Shown one piece after another: positions 16,801 through 24,413 of a stretch of 25,269 nt of DNA. The notes beneath the pieces were generated by a model. That model was not told the DNA's origin. It worked only from the letters and a program-made list of their open reading frames with translations, and made no database searches. Position numbers and translations under genes: made by a program. How positions within the stretch are numbered: the first letter of the stretch is position 1; each line of letters begins with the position of its first letter. Source of the stretch: a virus (taxonomy: Duplodnaviria; Caudoviricetes); the IMG/VR virus record IMGVR_UViG_3300032318_002212, positions 1 through 25,269 of that record, one strand, 5' to 3'.

Positions 16801-17185
16801 GTTGCTCCGCCCCTTGGAGAAACGCCAAAGCCTCCTCATCCGATCCGAACCCCGAGGTAGGCACCACCGGCTCGCTCGTCTGCTCCCCTGCCCCCGCCGA
16901 CAAGAACGCCAGCGCCTCCTCATCCGAAGCAAACCCCGCGGCGGGCGCGGGCGGGCTCACCGGTTGCACCGGCGGCAAATCCTCATCCTCCCGCGGCAGC
17001 GGCGGTTCCCCCTGCGCATCGAGGTCATTGAGGAACGCGGCATCCGCCGCTTGGACCAGGCGATCCGGCCCCAGCTCCATCTCCTCCGGCGCCTCCGGCG
17101 CAATATCCAACTGCGGGTCCGCCACCGGACCGCCATAGAGAAAGTCCAGCGCCTGCTGGTCAGATTGGAAAGCAGCGAGAGCCAT
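10862..17185 (-). CDS. Large polyvalent / internal virion (ejection) protein with HExxH motif and C-terminal LPD38-like domain
   Basis: 2107 aa; Gly/Ala membrane segments, FHEAGH...EGVAE, C-terminal VPFPYG / NWSTF..KHIV / EQY..TT / SPAKLQY pattern; last gene of the ejection cluster. Confidence 0.8.
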   Translation of the reverse strand: MALAAFQSDQQALDFLYGGPVADPQLDIAPEAPEEMELGPDRLVQAADAAFLNDLDAQGEPPLPREDEDLPPVQPVSPPAPAAGFASDEEALAFLSAGAGEQTSEPVVPTSGFGSDEEALAFLQGAEQRAPEIKLPAPRPTPKPVTTPEAADGSDVTFDAKGPAFQFTGSLVVDPETGTMATDPLKRAPRLVPSEGGQIVFDQSSPERFTQGVEEAFAAGILPQSNYEKIKADEAKIFKVMDDRRKLEEKAQADPKLLAFLQGAGRGGAMTVGAVGGAKLLAAGAGAAFLASGVGAPLAPAAAVVGGVAGAVGGGIAAGLGYDAIYKKLGEHFTEYDDVMKAAELFPMHKAGGEMGMAALALPVSVAQGARGLMTAAAAAREAGQAVAPAVARQAALAGAAGAGTGVVAYPIDAAVRGQEITPGGFAMAAGAGALTGGFFINNKAATQKDLLAVAAKMKAGTPLTAAESELARVAAPAMRAAFAEMDAAGGVRLRPTYDADGQFRANDPEFRAQTTSVAGFMPRVAGAQARVPYRVPARLPEGAVARAKADVPQALPAPGAATAATTTAPSVPREAPVNVLPPGTVTIPMPGPAPAVAVAVPPAMSAAMMEPFNWALDTANARGIDLEEAETDNWNALLSEHLQIVRSAIDAGEPVSVKAFQVYDLSVPFYDLDPATGTATLNTQTLKDYEDYLSGQEGEYRESMAGAGAEELLAAVIDLGGLPAPKSGSKRAVWTGELKALYEEAKGAGKGKGGDNQKGVFINKLFRRDGMDLDEMTMALRQKGFRVETEADLIELLGTRLRSGREIFGMATQSMEDVPLEMRGARRAAGPGPRQMDLLGEQDVEFGLMGQTDARSLTPQELAARAEAEAAAAAAEAGQGDLFGGEIRGSRAAGPAVPTGAAPTGSLSSDPLTPPATVRSGGGAQVPPGIPVGMAALQTPDWVLARGETSAGRRLIKGVENFRPGQRWGFRSIVDFVNEAVRLEMRRSTTQTSRTHPAHYKPANHVAYTRETQSQINFHEAGHGLEYLLRARLPDIFVPFGAELIALTNRPGSMASDPPASLSPVGQYNYRLGEGVAEWTRLLLTDPATVQNLQVSAAISAAAERFYPGMAKLLRDAARAVNAFQGQDVATRWAMFNAPPNVRPSANELIGAIVRGGEAAVNAIASGAPVSGLDRKITRAIIKQRKETETAYKAAVTKARAVRSTNLTPLMSAYNMILSIGAETQLAISGAGISKGLRIVEADGSIRYLTHDAWVDLRKKVPASKLAQFDQAAWAQESLNRWENGGLEYPGMREGILPDDLKAIVAMAVQDIPNFTRMYKEQSRFHDLILEVKEAGGLISGMDRARMQGARPGYWPLPRVMTAGRGAAGRGRGDMSAGVYRARGSGEAIRNIDEVTEERVREMFEAYYWNRFGLKLYDNMAAVAKDLSLPAEARILAGSTMVKMKMPMKAAASVSKEEALGWVMKSIADAYEKVLGFRPEVKAEDVNLSWSFRDVWRPVKPTDVNVVSLLRDGVREYYQLGDPAIFGLFASPQTASKMGKAASWLLGPMTQNWKRNITQGAVFALRNLFRDTFTQTLLNPDPVAWVPGWAHTKGVVNKFTQKYPQVFSEGLLLSRVQPSEQEMLASLKHGAIWQWLSEGFYVSQAKDPVIKTVATVLQPSNWLFPLWKTADLINLVTGGRAMAAFFETAGREGAAVAALERGATDEEALAKYWTASGQFNEHSGLADARIAMSIPGFLNPMLQGVRNVGQKLSDPDPAVRGTAWTRLLVMIPAMFGGAAIARFLMMDEEEKERERQRVVDDRLSFMDLAGFSVPFPYGPEGVMGSVVYNATMDDLLRRPKVDANRTAIMLLKRIVDPGSGLQFFGPQLATIMEANMNWSTFRQKHIVAPWMVQLPASEQYYSTTPEFYRKVGTMMNYSPAKLQYIVQQALSRQADETLRLAESIDRGRPMMEMADVPFVGRLFVRDPIGFGSQAVQSVTSVEDRLRLLDERLKAKGWNMLRDPEFPAEDLGSDQLRHLQVQLAYMQDLRKGIGVLAQMQGVAKYYSLKRDYANERNMRTVQTRYAQSLLIGNRGQIAELEKALELLKQIPQGSPDQVAAEYLDRRF

Positions 17186-17193
17186 GGACGCTA

Positions 17194-17859
17194 TTATCGC
17201 CCACCACGCAACATCCGCACCGCATCGGCCTCACTGATCTGTCCCGCCAAGAACGCCGCCCGCACCGCCTCCGGCGTCGACAACGCCGGCGCAGCCACCG
17301 GCACCGGAGCATCCGTCCCGGCCATGGCCGGGGCCGGCGTGGCCATCGGCGTCGGGCTTGGCGTCGGCGCCGGCGTGGCCGTGGCTCCGCCGAAAATGCG
17401 GGCGAGAATTCCCGGCGCTTCCTCCTCCTCCGCCGCCGCGCCGCCGCCCATCGCGTCCATGAGCTCCTGCAGGCGGTTAGCCTTCGGGTCCATCTCAAAT
17501 TGATTGGTCGAGCCCTTCACCGTGACCGGCGCCACCGTCCCGGTTAGCGGGTCGAAAGCATAGGCCTTGCCATCCTTGCCCGGGACCATCTTCATCGTCG
17601 CCTGCTTTTCGGCCATGATTTGCGCCGAGTTCGGCGAGCTCATGAAGTAAGGCGTCACCGTCCCCGAAACCTGGTTCGTCATCATGCCCGTCGTCGGCGT
17701 GAACGAGGAGCCGCCCTTCGATTCGTTTTGCCACATGCGGAGGTAAGCATCGCGGACTTTCGGATCAAGGTTCACGCCCTGGGCATCCGGCGCGATTTCT
17801 CCCGCCTCCACCAGCTTCGCTCTCAGCCAAGGGCCAAAGGTTTGCGTTGGTTCAGCCAT
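17194..17859 (-). CDS. Putative internal virion/ejection protein
   Basis: Position in the ejection cluster; Pro/Thr/Ala-rich linker. Confidence 0.6.
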   Translation of the reverse strand: MAEPTQTFGPWLRAKLVEAGEIAPDAQGVNLDPKVRDAYLRMWQNESKGGSSFTPTTGMMTNQVSGTVTPYFMSSPNSAQIMAEKQATMKMVPGKDGKAYAFDPLTGTVAPVTVKGSTNQFEMDPKANRLQELMDAMGGGAAAEEEEAPGILARIFGGATATPAPTPSPTPMATPAPAMAGTDAPVPVAAPALSTPEAVRAAFLAGQISEADAVRMLRGGR

Positions 17860-17864
17860 ATTCG

Positions 17865-18266
17865 TTATTGCCCGAAAGGCACGTAGACTTGGTTACCCCC
17901 GCCGGTCCCGGTCCCCGTCCCGCGGTTGCCGCCGAAGGCCGCCGCCTGTTGGTTGAGGTATTCCGCCCGGCCGAGCTGCTGACCGAACTGCCCGCCCATG
18001 AAATTCATCATGGCCAGCTGTTCCTGTTGGTTGCCCTTCTTGTAGCGGTCGAGCAAATCACCCGCCCCCTCGCCAAAGATCGTCGGCCCGTGCATCTCGA
18101 GCACGTCGCCGAATGCTTTGGTCTGCGCCTTCTGCGTCTGCAGTCCGATATAGGCCCCCGCCAGATCCTGCACACCCTGCATCAGCGCCTGCTGTTGCTG
18201 CTGCTGTTGAGCTTGCTGGTTCTTCTGATTCTGCATTTCGATCTGCCAAAATTCTGCTGGATTCAT
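17865..18266 (-). CDS. Gln-rich putative internal virion protein
   Basis: Poly-Q stretch, helical; position in the ejection cluster. Confidence 0.6.
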   Translation of the reverse strand: MNPAEFWQIEMQNQKNQQAQQQQQQQALMQGVQDLAGAYIGLQTQKAQTKAFGDVLEMHGPTIFGEGAGDLLDRYKKGNQQEQLAMMNFMGGQFGQQLGRAEYLNQQAAAFGGNRGTGTGTGGGNQVYVPFGQ

Positions 18267-18284
18267 TGTCGTATTCTTTCTGAG

Positions 18285-19559
18285 TTAAGCCGCCACGGCC
18301 TTGGTTTGGTTGGTAAGTTCTTCGGCCAAGGCCGCGCCGATCACGCCTGGCTTGATCGCCAGCCGCCGTTTGCCCTGGTAGTCCACCTCAGTCACCGCCT
18401 CCGGCAGCACCTTCTGGACATCCTGCGCCATCACGCCGCGACGCTTCTTCTTCTCGCCCTTGTAGCGGTATTCGTAGGCGGGGATCTTGAGCACATCGGT
18501 CAGCGTGCCGAGCGGTTTGATGTCTGTCTTTTCCCGTTCGTCGGAGAGGCTGCCGCCGAGTCCACCGATCAGTCCGCCGCCAATGGCGCCGGCCGCCGTG
18601 CCGATGCCCGGCACCACAGATCCGAGCATTGCGCCCGTCGCCGCACCCGACAGCGCACCCGCGCCGGCGCCCATCATATTAAAACCGCCGCCGCCTTGGC
18701 CCGAGAACTGCCCACCCGAATACATCGGCGAGAGCCCCTGCGAGCCCGACACCATCTGCATCGACTGCGGCGTCACGTTGGCATACGGCGAGCCCATGCC
18801 CAGCGCCATCATCCCCGGGTTGCTGCCCAAGGCAAAGTTGTAAGCGTTCTGGCCCAAGCCCATCCGCCGCATCCGTTCCTGCTCCGCCAACTGGGCCGCT
18901 TGTCCGGCGTAGCCGGTGCGGCGGGCCTCGTCGGCCTGGCCGACCGATCCGATTAGGTTTAGGTCCTCAGATCGCCGAGCCCGCTGGAATTGACTGCGGT
19001 TGAGCAATTCGGCGCCCAAGCCCGCATTGCCCGTGGCCATGCCCCGGGCGGCCATGCCGGCGCGAGCCTGTTGGGTCGCTTGCCGCTCCTCCTCCGGCGT
19101 CAGTCCGCCGATATTTCCCGCCCGGGTTTCCGCCTCACGGGTCAAAGCCTGACCCAAGGTGCCGCCCGTGGCGTCCGCCAGCGTGCCCTGCAGCCTGGCG
19201 TATTCCGGAGAAGCCGCATCGGCCGCGTCGAGCTGCTTGAGCAACGCCCGCCGGCGCCGCATCTCGTCCGGCAGCGCCGCCTCATACCTGGCCCGCAATT
19301 TCCGGTCATTGAGCAGCCCCAGGCCGAAATCAATATTCGCCCGGTATTGCCCCCGGCTCGCTTGGCCGGCGACCGCCGTCATTCCTGGCAGGTTTTGTCG
19401 TTGCAGCTGAAGTTGACGCTCGTAGAGCTGCGCCGACTTATTCACGTCGAGCTCCGGCGGTTTTGGCTGCGCCGCGCCGCCACCGAAGTTGCCCAAGAGC
19501 AACGCTCCGCTGGCTGGCGCCAGCGCCCACATCATAATTTCCAGTAGTTGTTCCATCAT
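18285..19559 (-). CDS. Ejection/pilot-like protein with glycine zipper and C-terminal Peptidase_S74 chaperone domain
   Basis: SDEREKTDI...YEYRYK...GVMAQDVQKVLPEAV; preceded by GAGAGALSGAATGAMLG...GAIGGGLIGG. Confidence 0.8.
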   Translation of the reverse strand: MMEQLLEIMMWALAPASGALLLGNFGGGAAQPKPPELDVNKSAQLYERQLQLQRQNLPGMTAVAGQASRGQYRANIDFGLGLLNDRKLRARYEAALPDEMRRRRALLKQLDAADAASPEYARLQGTLADATGGTLGQALTREAETRAGNIGGLTPEEERQATQQARAGMAARGMATGNAGLGAELLNRSQFQRARRSEDLNLIGSVGQADEARRTGYAGQAAQLAEQERMRRMGLGQNAYNFALGSNPGMMALGMGSPYANVTPQSMQMVSGSQGLSPMYSGGQFSGQGGGGFNMMGAGAGALSGAATGAMLGSVVPGIGTAAGAIGGGLIGGLGGSLSDEREKTDIKPLGTLTDVLKIPAYEYRYKGEKKKRRGVMAQDVQKVLPEAVTEVDYQGKRRLAIKPGVIGAALAEELTNQTKAVAA

Positions 19560-19900
19560 TTTAGTAGTCCTGCCTTTCTTGTTAATTTATCCCAACGGAA
19601 AGCCCGTATGCGGTCCTCGTTGTTCCGACACCACAGCACCCATGGCCGAGGCTCCGGCGCATAACGCAGGAACCGCTCGAGCACCCGCCCGGCGCCGCCC
19701 ACCGCCATGCAGACAAAGTAAGCCCGCTCGCCCAGGTGCGAGGTCTCGTGAAACGCCAGGAACTCGGTCGGCGTCGAGACCACCGTGCCATGCAGCCAGC
19801 ACAACCCGATTCGCTCCGAGTATTCTTCGGGGGAAACGCCCTGCTCGATTGCTATGCAGTAGGCTTTTTGCCATGGGGTCATGCTTAGAACTTGATGCAA
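19556..19900 (-). CDS. Hypothetical protein, possibly GNAT-like virion assembly factor
   Basis: Syntenic position between tail and ejection genes, as for T7 gp13/P22 gp14; alpha/beta pattern; start may be 19882. Confidence 0.5.
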   Translation of the reverse strand: MHQVLSMTPWQKAYCIAIEQGVSPEEYSERIGLCWLHGTVVSTPTEFLAFHETSHLGERAYFVCMAVGGAGRVLERFLRYAPEPRPWVLWCRNNEDRIRAFRWDKLTRKAGLLK

Positions 19901-20541
19901 TACAGCATGGCGATGTTCTTCGGGCGGGTTTCGGTGCCGCCGGTGAAGGCAGTGCTTCTCGAGATATCGTATGCCCCATCCATTCCTGTCCCTCCGCGTG
20001 TTGAAAATTGGGAGTTTGCGATAGCCCCCTGCTCAACGAATGCATGCTGGTGACTCTCAAGCTCGTCCGCCTGCTTGGTGCCAAACGTCCCTGCCGCCGT
20101 GCCGTCGCTGTTGGTGCCGCTGCCGCGCACGAAGTAGCCGCGAAGATCAGGCAGAGCAAAGGTCGTGCTGCCGTCACCGGCACCGTAGGTTGTGCCGATA
20201 GCACTAAAGAGCGAGGCGTAGGTGCTGCGGCTGACGTTGCTGCCGTCTGCTGCCAGCCAGCCTGCCGGTGCGCTGTTCATGGCAAATGCCTGCACGGCGC
20301 CTGCGGGCAAGAGAGCCTGCTGCACAGCGGTGACGAGCTTGGCTAAAGTTACGCCACCGTCCTTGACCCGAAACTTCCCTCCGCTGACTTCCAGCGTTGA
20401 GTTGTCGGTGTCGTCGGCGGTCACGAACGTGATGGCGGCAGTCGGCGACTGGGCGCTGTTGAGTTTGGCGGGTGTAACCGTCTCGCCGGATGTAAAGCCG
20501 GATGGATCGTTGTAGCCTTTGGTGATTGCGATGGTTGCCAT
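19885..20541 (-). CDS. Tail collar domain protein
   Basis: PAGAVQAFA...PAGWLAADG...YASLFSAIGTTYGAGDGSTTFALPDLRGYFVRG...ETRPKNIAMLYCIKF. Confidence 0.93.
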   Translation of the reverse strand: MATIAITKGYNDPSGFTSGETVTPAKLNSAQSPTAAITFVTADDTDNSTLEVSGGKFRVKDGGVTLAKLVTAVQQALLPAGAVQAFAMNSAPAGWLAADGSNVSRSTYASLFSAIGTTYGAGDGSTTFALPDLRGYFVRGSGTNSDGTAAGTFGTKQADELESHQHAFVEQGAIANSQFSTRGGTGMDGAYDISRSTAFTGGTETRPKNIAMLYCIKF

Positions 20542-20544
20542 AAG

Positions 20545-22923
20545 TTATGCTGCGTTTCTGGTTTCGGTCGGCGGGTTGGATGGGCCGGCGGCCTCGATGC
20601 TGACGTTGCGGATTTCTGGGCGCCGAGCCGTGGTTTCAAAGATTAACTCTGCGGCGTGCGCCTTGCGGCGGATCGGCTGCTTGAGCGTGTAGTCCTCGCC
20701 GACACCGGTGTCGTTGCTCTGCCCCGGCACCAAGGTTATCTCGGCGTCGGGGTTGATGAGGTTGGCTTTGACCGTGATGCTGCCGTCATCGGGCAGGACA
20801 ACATCGGCGAGACTGCGGGTGAATCGCTTGCTGCTCATCGTCCCCATGTTGTAGCGGCGGGTCTTGATTGTGCCGACCACTTGGCCGACATTGCTGCCGC
20901 TCGGTTCGTCGTCGGTGCCGTTGTCCTTTTCGTCGAGGAGGTAGAGCTTGCCGGTGCGGCGGACATTGAAGGGGCGGCGGACATTGCTGTAGGTGCCGAC
21001 CACCAAGGCGTCCACGCCGATGCCGTAGATGTCCCGGCTTTCCCACTGGTTATTGAGGGCCGACCAAGTGACGACGAGATCGTTGGTCTCGTCGGGCGAG
21101 TCGAGGGTCGGGACGGCGAGGATGTAGCGGTTGGAATGCCAAATGCCAAAGGCGCGTTGCACCTTGCTCTGGTCGATGCGCTCAAAGAGGTCGGCGACCG
21201 GATCACTGAGCGGCTTGGTGTCGCCGCGCAATTTGAGGTCGAGCTGAGTGTCGAGACGGTAGACGCCTGCGTCACTCAGAAAGAAAACGTATCGACCGGC
21301 GGTGACGATAGAGTTGCGGGCCGAGCAACCAATCTCGTCGGTGACGAGTTCTAGTTTGGCCACGGCGGTGTCGATGGCGAAGTCGCTGCCATTGGTCGCG
21401 GGGAATTGCGCCAAGGTAGCGAGCCAAATGCTCTTGCGGCAGAAGACCAGCGCCGATCCTTCGACCCATGGATGCACGGCCATAACAAAGTCGCCACCAC
21501 CAGCGCCGGTGCGGAAGCTGGCCCAGAACGGATCGTAAAGGTCTCCATCCAAATAATCGCTGATGGCAACTTGGTCGCGGCCGTCAGGGATAATAAGCCG
21601 ATTCTGGATGTAGCTCGCCCAGCCGACCGAGCGCATACGCTTGTAGGTCACCCCTTCGGCGGGCACACCGGCCGCAGCGCGGACGAAGCTGCCGCTGCCG
21701 GTCCAATAGAGTGGTGGCTTGACGCGGCGCAGGCGCAGGCCAGCAGTGAGGTCGCTGGCCGTGCCGCTTGGAACCGTGACGGTAAATGTGTGGTCGGTCT
21801 TGGTGGCGACATCGAACTCATGCCCGTCCAAGGCGGCCGACGATCCGGCGGTCAGGCGGATGCGGTTGCCCACGATGTAGCCGTGGCTCTTGCTGAAGAT
21901 GGTGGCAGTAGTTGAGTTGACCACTGCGCTGACCGGCGTAAGCGTGTGCGTGCCACTTTGAGTGCCGGAGGTGTTGATGGCCACACCGCCGCTGGTCGCG
22001 CTGATCTGCAACGTGTCGGTCGCCTTGTTGATGACGTAATACACCGTCCCCGCCGTCACGCCGGTCGGCAAGGCGCCGGTCGTGCTGAAAACCACGGCCA
22101 TGCCATTCTCCAAATTGTGGGCAGTTTTTGTGACCACGGCTGGCGAGGCGATGGTCATGGTTGCCGCGCCCGCATTAACATTAGTTCCGCGCCCCACTTC
22201 GGCAAACGTGCCGGTCAGCGCCGCCTCGCGGAGCACATAAAGTCGGTCGTAGGCCTGCACGACGGAGACCGTGTCAGTCGCTTCCACGGTTTCGTCCGGC
22301 GAGCTGGGATAGCCCACCGTGACAACGGTGTCTGTCGGCGAAACATTGCGCCAGAGGTAGGCACTGTCTGGTCCGCACATCACGATATACTCGTTGGCGT
22401 TGTCGTAGTTGCGGCTGGCAAACACGCCCGAGGCAAAGATGCCGCCGGTATAGGTCGTTTTGACCAGCGGCCCCTTGTTGGCGATCAGCGTGCCGGTAGC
22501 GCTAGCTGTCGGCGTGCCGGTCATGGTGTATTGGAAGGTCGTGCCGCTAGGGGAGCTGATGACGAAGTCGCCGTTGTAAAGCGCAGCGTCCACGCCGGTC
22601 GCCCCACGGATGTTGACCGTGGGCGTCCCGGTGTAGCCATGCGCGGCGGTTGTGGTGACGGTGGCGAGCGTGCCGCTGCGGGTGATCGTGCTGATGGCTT
22701 TGTCCGCCGCGAGGTCAAAGGAAAGCGTGAGCGGCTCGTCCGCCGTGCTGATGGCATCGGCGAGACGCTTGGCGCCTTTGCGCGTCTGCGCTGTGCCACG
22801 CTCGAGGCGCATGTTGACGCTGTCTTGCAGCATACCCGCCGGAAGAGTCAGCGGGTTCAAGCGGCTGGCGAAGCCGATGAATCCGTTGTCGCCGTCGCGT
22901 TGGATTGGACTCTCTAATGCCAT
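20545..22923 (-). CDS. Podoviral tail stabilisation/nozzle protein (P22 gp10 / T7 gp12-like) with inserted beta-sandwich modules
   Basis: beta-propeller-like repeats (EIGCSARNSIV...VFFLSDAGVYRL, LSDPV); three AHG/SHG-type inserts. Confidence 0.75.
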   Translation of the reverse strand: MALESPIQRDGDNGFIGFASRLNPLTLPAGMLQDSVNMRLERGTAQTRKGAKRLADAISTADEPLTLSFDLAADKAISTITRSGTLATVTTTAAHGYTGTPTVNIRGATGVDAALYNGDFVISSPSGTTFQYTMTGTPTASATGTLIANKGPLVKTTYTGGIFASGVFASRNYDNANEYIVMCGPDSAYLWRNVSPTDTVVTVGYPSSPDETVEATDTVSVVQAYDRLYVLREAALTGTFAEVGRGTNVNAGAATMTIASPAVVTKTAHNLENGMAVVFSTTGALPTGVTAGTVYYVINKATDTLQISATSGGVAINTSGTQSGTHTLTPVSAVVNSTTATIFSKSHGYIVGNRIRLTAGSSAALDGHEFDVATKTDHTFTVTVPSGTASDLTAGLRLRRVKPPLYWTGSGSFVRAAAGVPAEGVTYKRMRSVGWASYIQNRLIIPDGRDQVAISDYLDGDLYDPFWASFRTGAGGGDFVMAVHPWVEGSALVFCRKSIWLATLAQFPATNGSDFAIDTAVAKLELVTDEIGCSARNSIVTAGRYVFFLSDAGVYRLDTQLDLKLRGDTKPLSDPVADLFERIDQSKVQRAFGIWHSNRYILAVPTLDSPDETNDLVVTWSALNNQWESRDIYGIGVDALVVGTYSNVRRPFNVRRTGKLYLLDEKDNGTDDEPSGSNVGQVVGTIKTRRYNMGTMSSKRFTRSLADVVLPDDGSITVKANLINPDAEITLVPGQSNDTGVGEDYTLKQPIRRKAHAAELIFETTARRPEIRNVSIEAAGPSNPPTETRNAA

Positions 22924-22929
22924 GGAAGA

Positions 22930-22960
22930 GTTTTCAGTGTTCAGTTTTCAGTGTTCAGTG
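22930..22960. repeat. Heptamer tandem array (GTTTTCA/GTGTTCA x4)
   Basis: Same family as 337-364 and 717-747; overlaps the amidase stop. Confidence 0.85.
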
Positions 22961-23537
22961 CAGAACGGAGTCTGCTTTTGAACCGCGCCGCGTCGGCGGG
23001 AGAGATGTCGGTTTTGCGCGTTGGGGAAACCTGTTGGTGCGTGACCACCATGTTCAGTGGGATACCCCACTTCTTCATGCGGGGGACGAGGTATTCGAGG
23101 GCGCTGGCCATGGCGTCTTCGCCCAGGGGCTCTTCGTAGGTGTTGCCGTCCCAGGCCACGCCGAGGCTCCAACTGTTGAGGTCTTTGCGGCCAAGCCATG
23201 AACTGACACCGGCGTGCCAGCAGCGGTCGGTGTCGTTGGCGAAGACGGTGCGGCGGCCGTCGCGGGATATGAGGACGTGGTAGGACACTCTGGAGACGGG
23301 GTTAGCGATCCACTCCACGCCACCCCGGTAGCTGCCGTCCGAATGATGCAGGACGACGGCTTGCGGCTTGATGCGGTTGGCTTGTTTGTTCGGCGTGTTG
23401 ACCCGGCGTTCGTCGTAGCTCGTCAGCGGCGGCTCGACGGTGAAGCTCGGCCTGGATGCGGAGACATAACTCGGCAAGGCCGGCGCTGGGGTAGCGTCGG
23501 ATTTCTTGCCAAAGATTCTCTTGAGCCAGGTCCACAT
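22941..23537 (-). CDS. N-acetylmuramoyl-L-alanine amidase (Amidase_2 endolysin)
   Basis: VVLHHS, SYHVLI, CWHAG, NSWSLGV, THQQV, RKTD. Confidence 0.92.
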   Translation of the reverse strand: MWTWLKRIFGKKSDATPAPALPSYVSASRPSFTVEPPLTSYDERRVNTPNKQANRIKPQAVVLHHSDGSYRGGVEWIANPVSRVSYHVLISRDGRRTVFANDTDRCWHAGVSSWLGRKDLNSWSLGVAWDGNTYEEPLGEDAMASALEYLVPRMKKWGIPLNMVVTHQQVSPTRKTDISPADAARFKSRLRSALNTEN

Positions 23538-23540
23538 GGG

Positions 23541-23687
23541 TTACTTCGCGTAGCCTTTGGTGCTCGGCGTGACGGTCACGGTCGCTTGCTGCTTCACAAA
23601 GTCATAGCCGACCGTCACGCAGCCGCTCCCCAGGAGGGCGAACCCGGTGAGCAGGATGAGAGCGGCGATAATCTTAGAGCCGCGCAT
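23541..23687 (-). CDS. Small lipoprotein (48 aa), possible spanin-like component
   Basis: Manual translation MRGSKIIAALILLTGFALLGSG-CVTVGYDFVKQQATVTVTPSTKGYAK; lipobox-like; within the lysis cassette. Confidence 0.65.
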   Translation of the reverse strand: MRGSKIIAALILLTGFALLGSGCVTVGYDFVKQQATVTVTPSTKGYAK

Positions 23688-23847
23688 TGTTGTCCTTGGC
23701 CATCACGAGCCCCCAGGCTGCCATGAGGCTTGCGGCGATGAGGCCGATGTCGGGAATGCTGCCGGTGGCCAAGAGTTCTTTGGCGCCAGTGGCGACAGCG
23801 ATGATGGCGGTCAATGCGCCGAGCGTAGTTGTTTTCCAGTTTCTCAT
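23674..23847 (-). CDS. Putative holin (57 aa, two TM)
   Basis: Manual translation MRNWKTTTLGALTAIIAVATG...IGLIAASLMAAWGLVMAKDNNARL; AAGGAG RBS; upstream of the endolysin. Confidence 0.7.
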   Translation of the reverse strand: MRNWKTTTLGALTAIIAVATGAKELLATGSIPDIGLIAASLMAAWGLVMAKDNNARL

Positions 23848-24068
23848 AGTTTCTCCTTCGTTATCTTCGTTATCTTTTGTTTAGTTCTGAGATCGTGCAG
23901 AACCGAAATTAGTGTGACCAAGCCGACCAGCAGACCGACGCAAAGACCGGCGACTCGGAGGTAGACTTCTACATGCGAGACCATGGAAATCGCGGCACTA
24001 CCGATGCTGGCAAATGTTCCAAGGGCGCCGCGCTCGACGGTTGAAAAGTGGGTCTGCATAAAGCTCAT
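23844..24068 (-). CDS. Membrane protein in lysis cassette
   Basis: Two hydrophobic segments, basic tail; ATGA-coupled to the holin. Confidence 0.7.
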   Translation of the reverse strand: MSFMQTHFSTVERGALGTFASIGSAAISMVSHVEVYLRVAGLCVGLLVGLVTLISVLHDLRTKQKITKITKEKL

Positions 24069-24074
24069 AAGGTA

Positions 24075-24413
24075 TTATACGGTTGCTGGAGTTAGCGTTG
24101 GCATTGGCGGGCCGCCGTCTTCGCCAAACCAAGTCGTTACTTGCCAAGGGAACGCCACATCGTCTGTGGAGGCATATTGAGCCTCATTCTGTGACCCCCA
24201 AATAGTCCAGTAACCATTATCCCAGGAAATCGCGCTTCGATCTGCGTCTGTAGAGCCAGCAAGGTTATAGTATGGTTTGCCGACCGACTCTCCTGTGACG
24301 GTGTAAATTCCATTGGCGGCCGCTGTTCCTGCCCCTGATACCACAACGGTGTTATAGTCTACAGTTGCAAGACCATAGCTGCCGTTTACTGACAATGTCG
24401 GGGCGAGAACCAT
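24075..24413 (-). CDS. Hypothetical beta-rich virion-associated protein
   Basis: VSGAGTAAANGIY...GKPYY...ISWDNGYW; lower GC than neighbours. Confidence 0.65.
   Translation of the reverse strand: MVLAPTLSVNGSYGLATVDYNTVVVSGAGTAAANGIYTVTGESVGKPYYNLAGSTDADRSAISWDNGYWTIWGSQNEAQYASTDDVAFPWQVTTWFGEDGGPPMPTLTPATV

Noticed and set aside
11132-17503. Long + strand ORFs (970, 379 and 454 aa)
   Set aside because: Arg/Pro/His-rich shadow frames antisense to the large gene, caused by high GC and codon bias
337-22960. CRISPR array
   Set aside because: Repeats are short tandem heptamers without spacers; no cas genes
23857-23880. TTCGTTATC 9-mer duplication
   Set aside because: Only two copies, encoding KITKITK; too little support for a function
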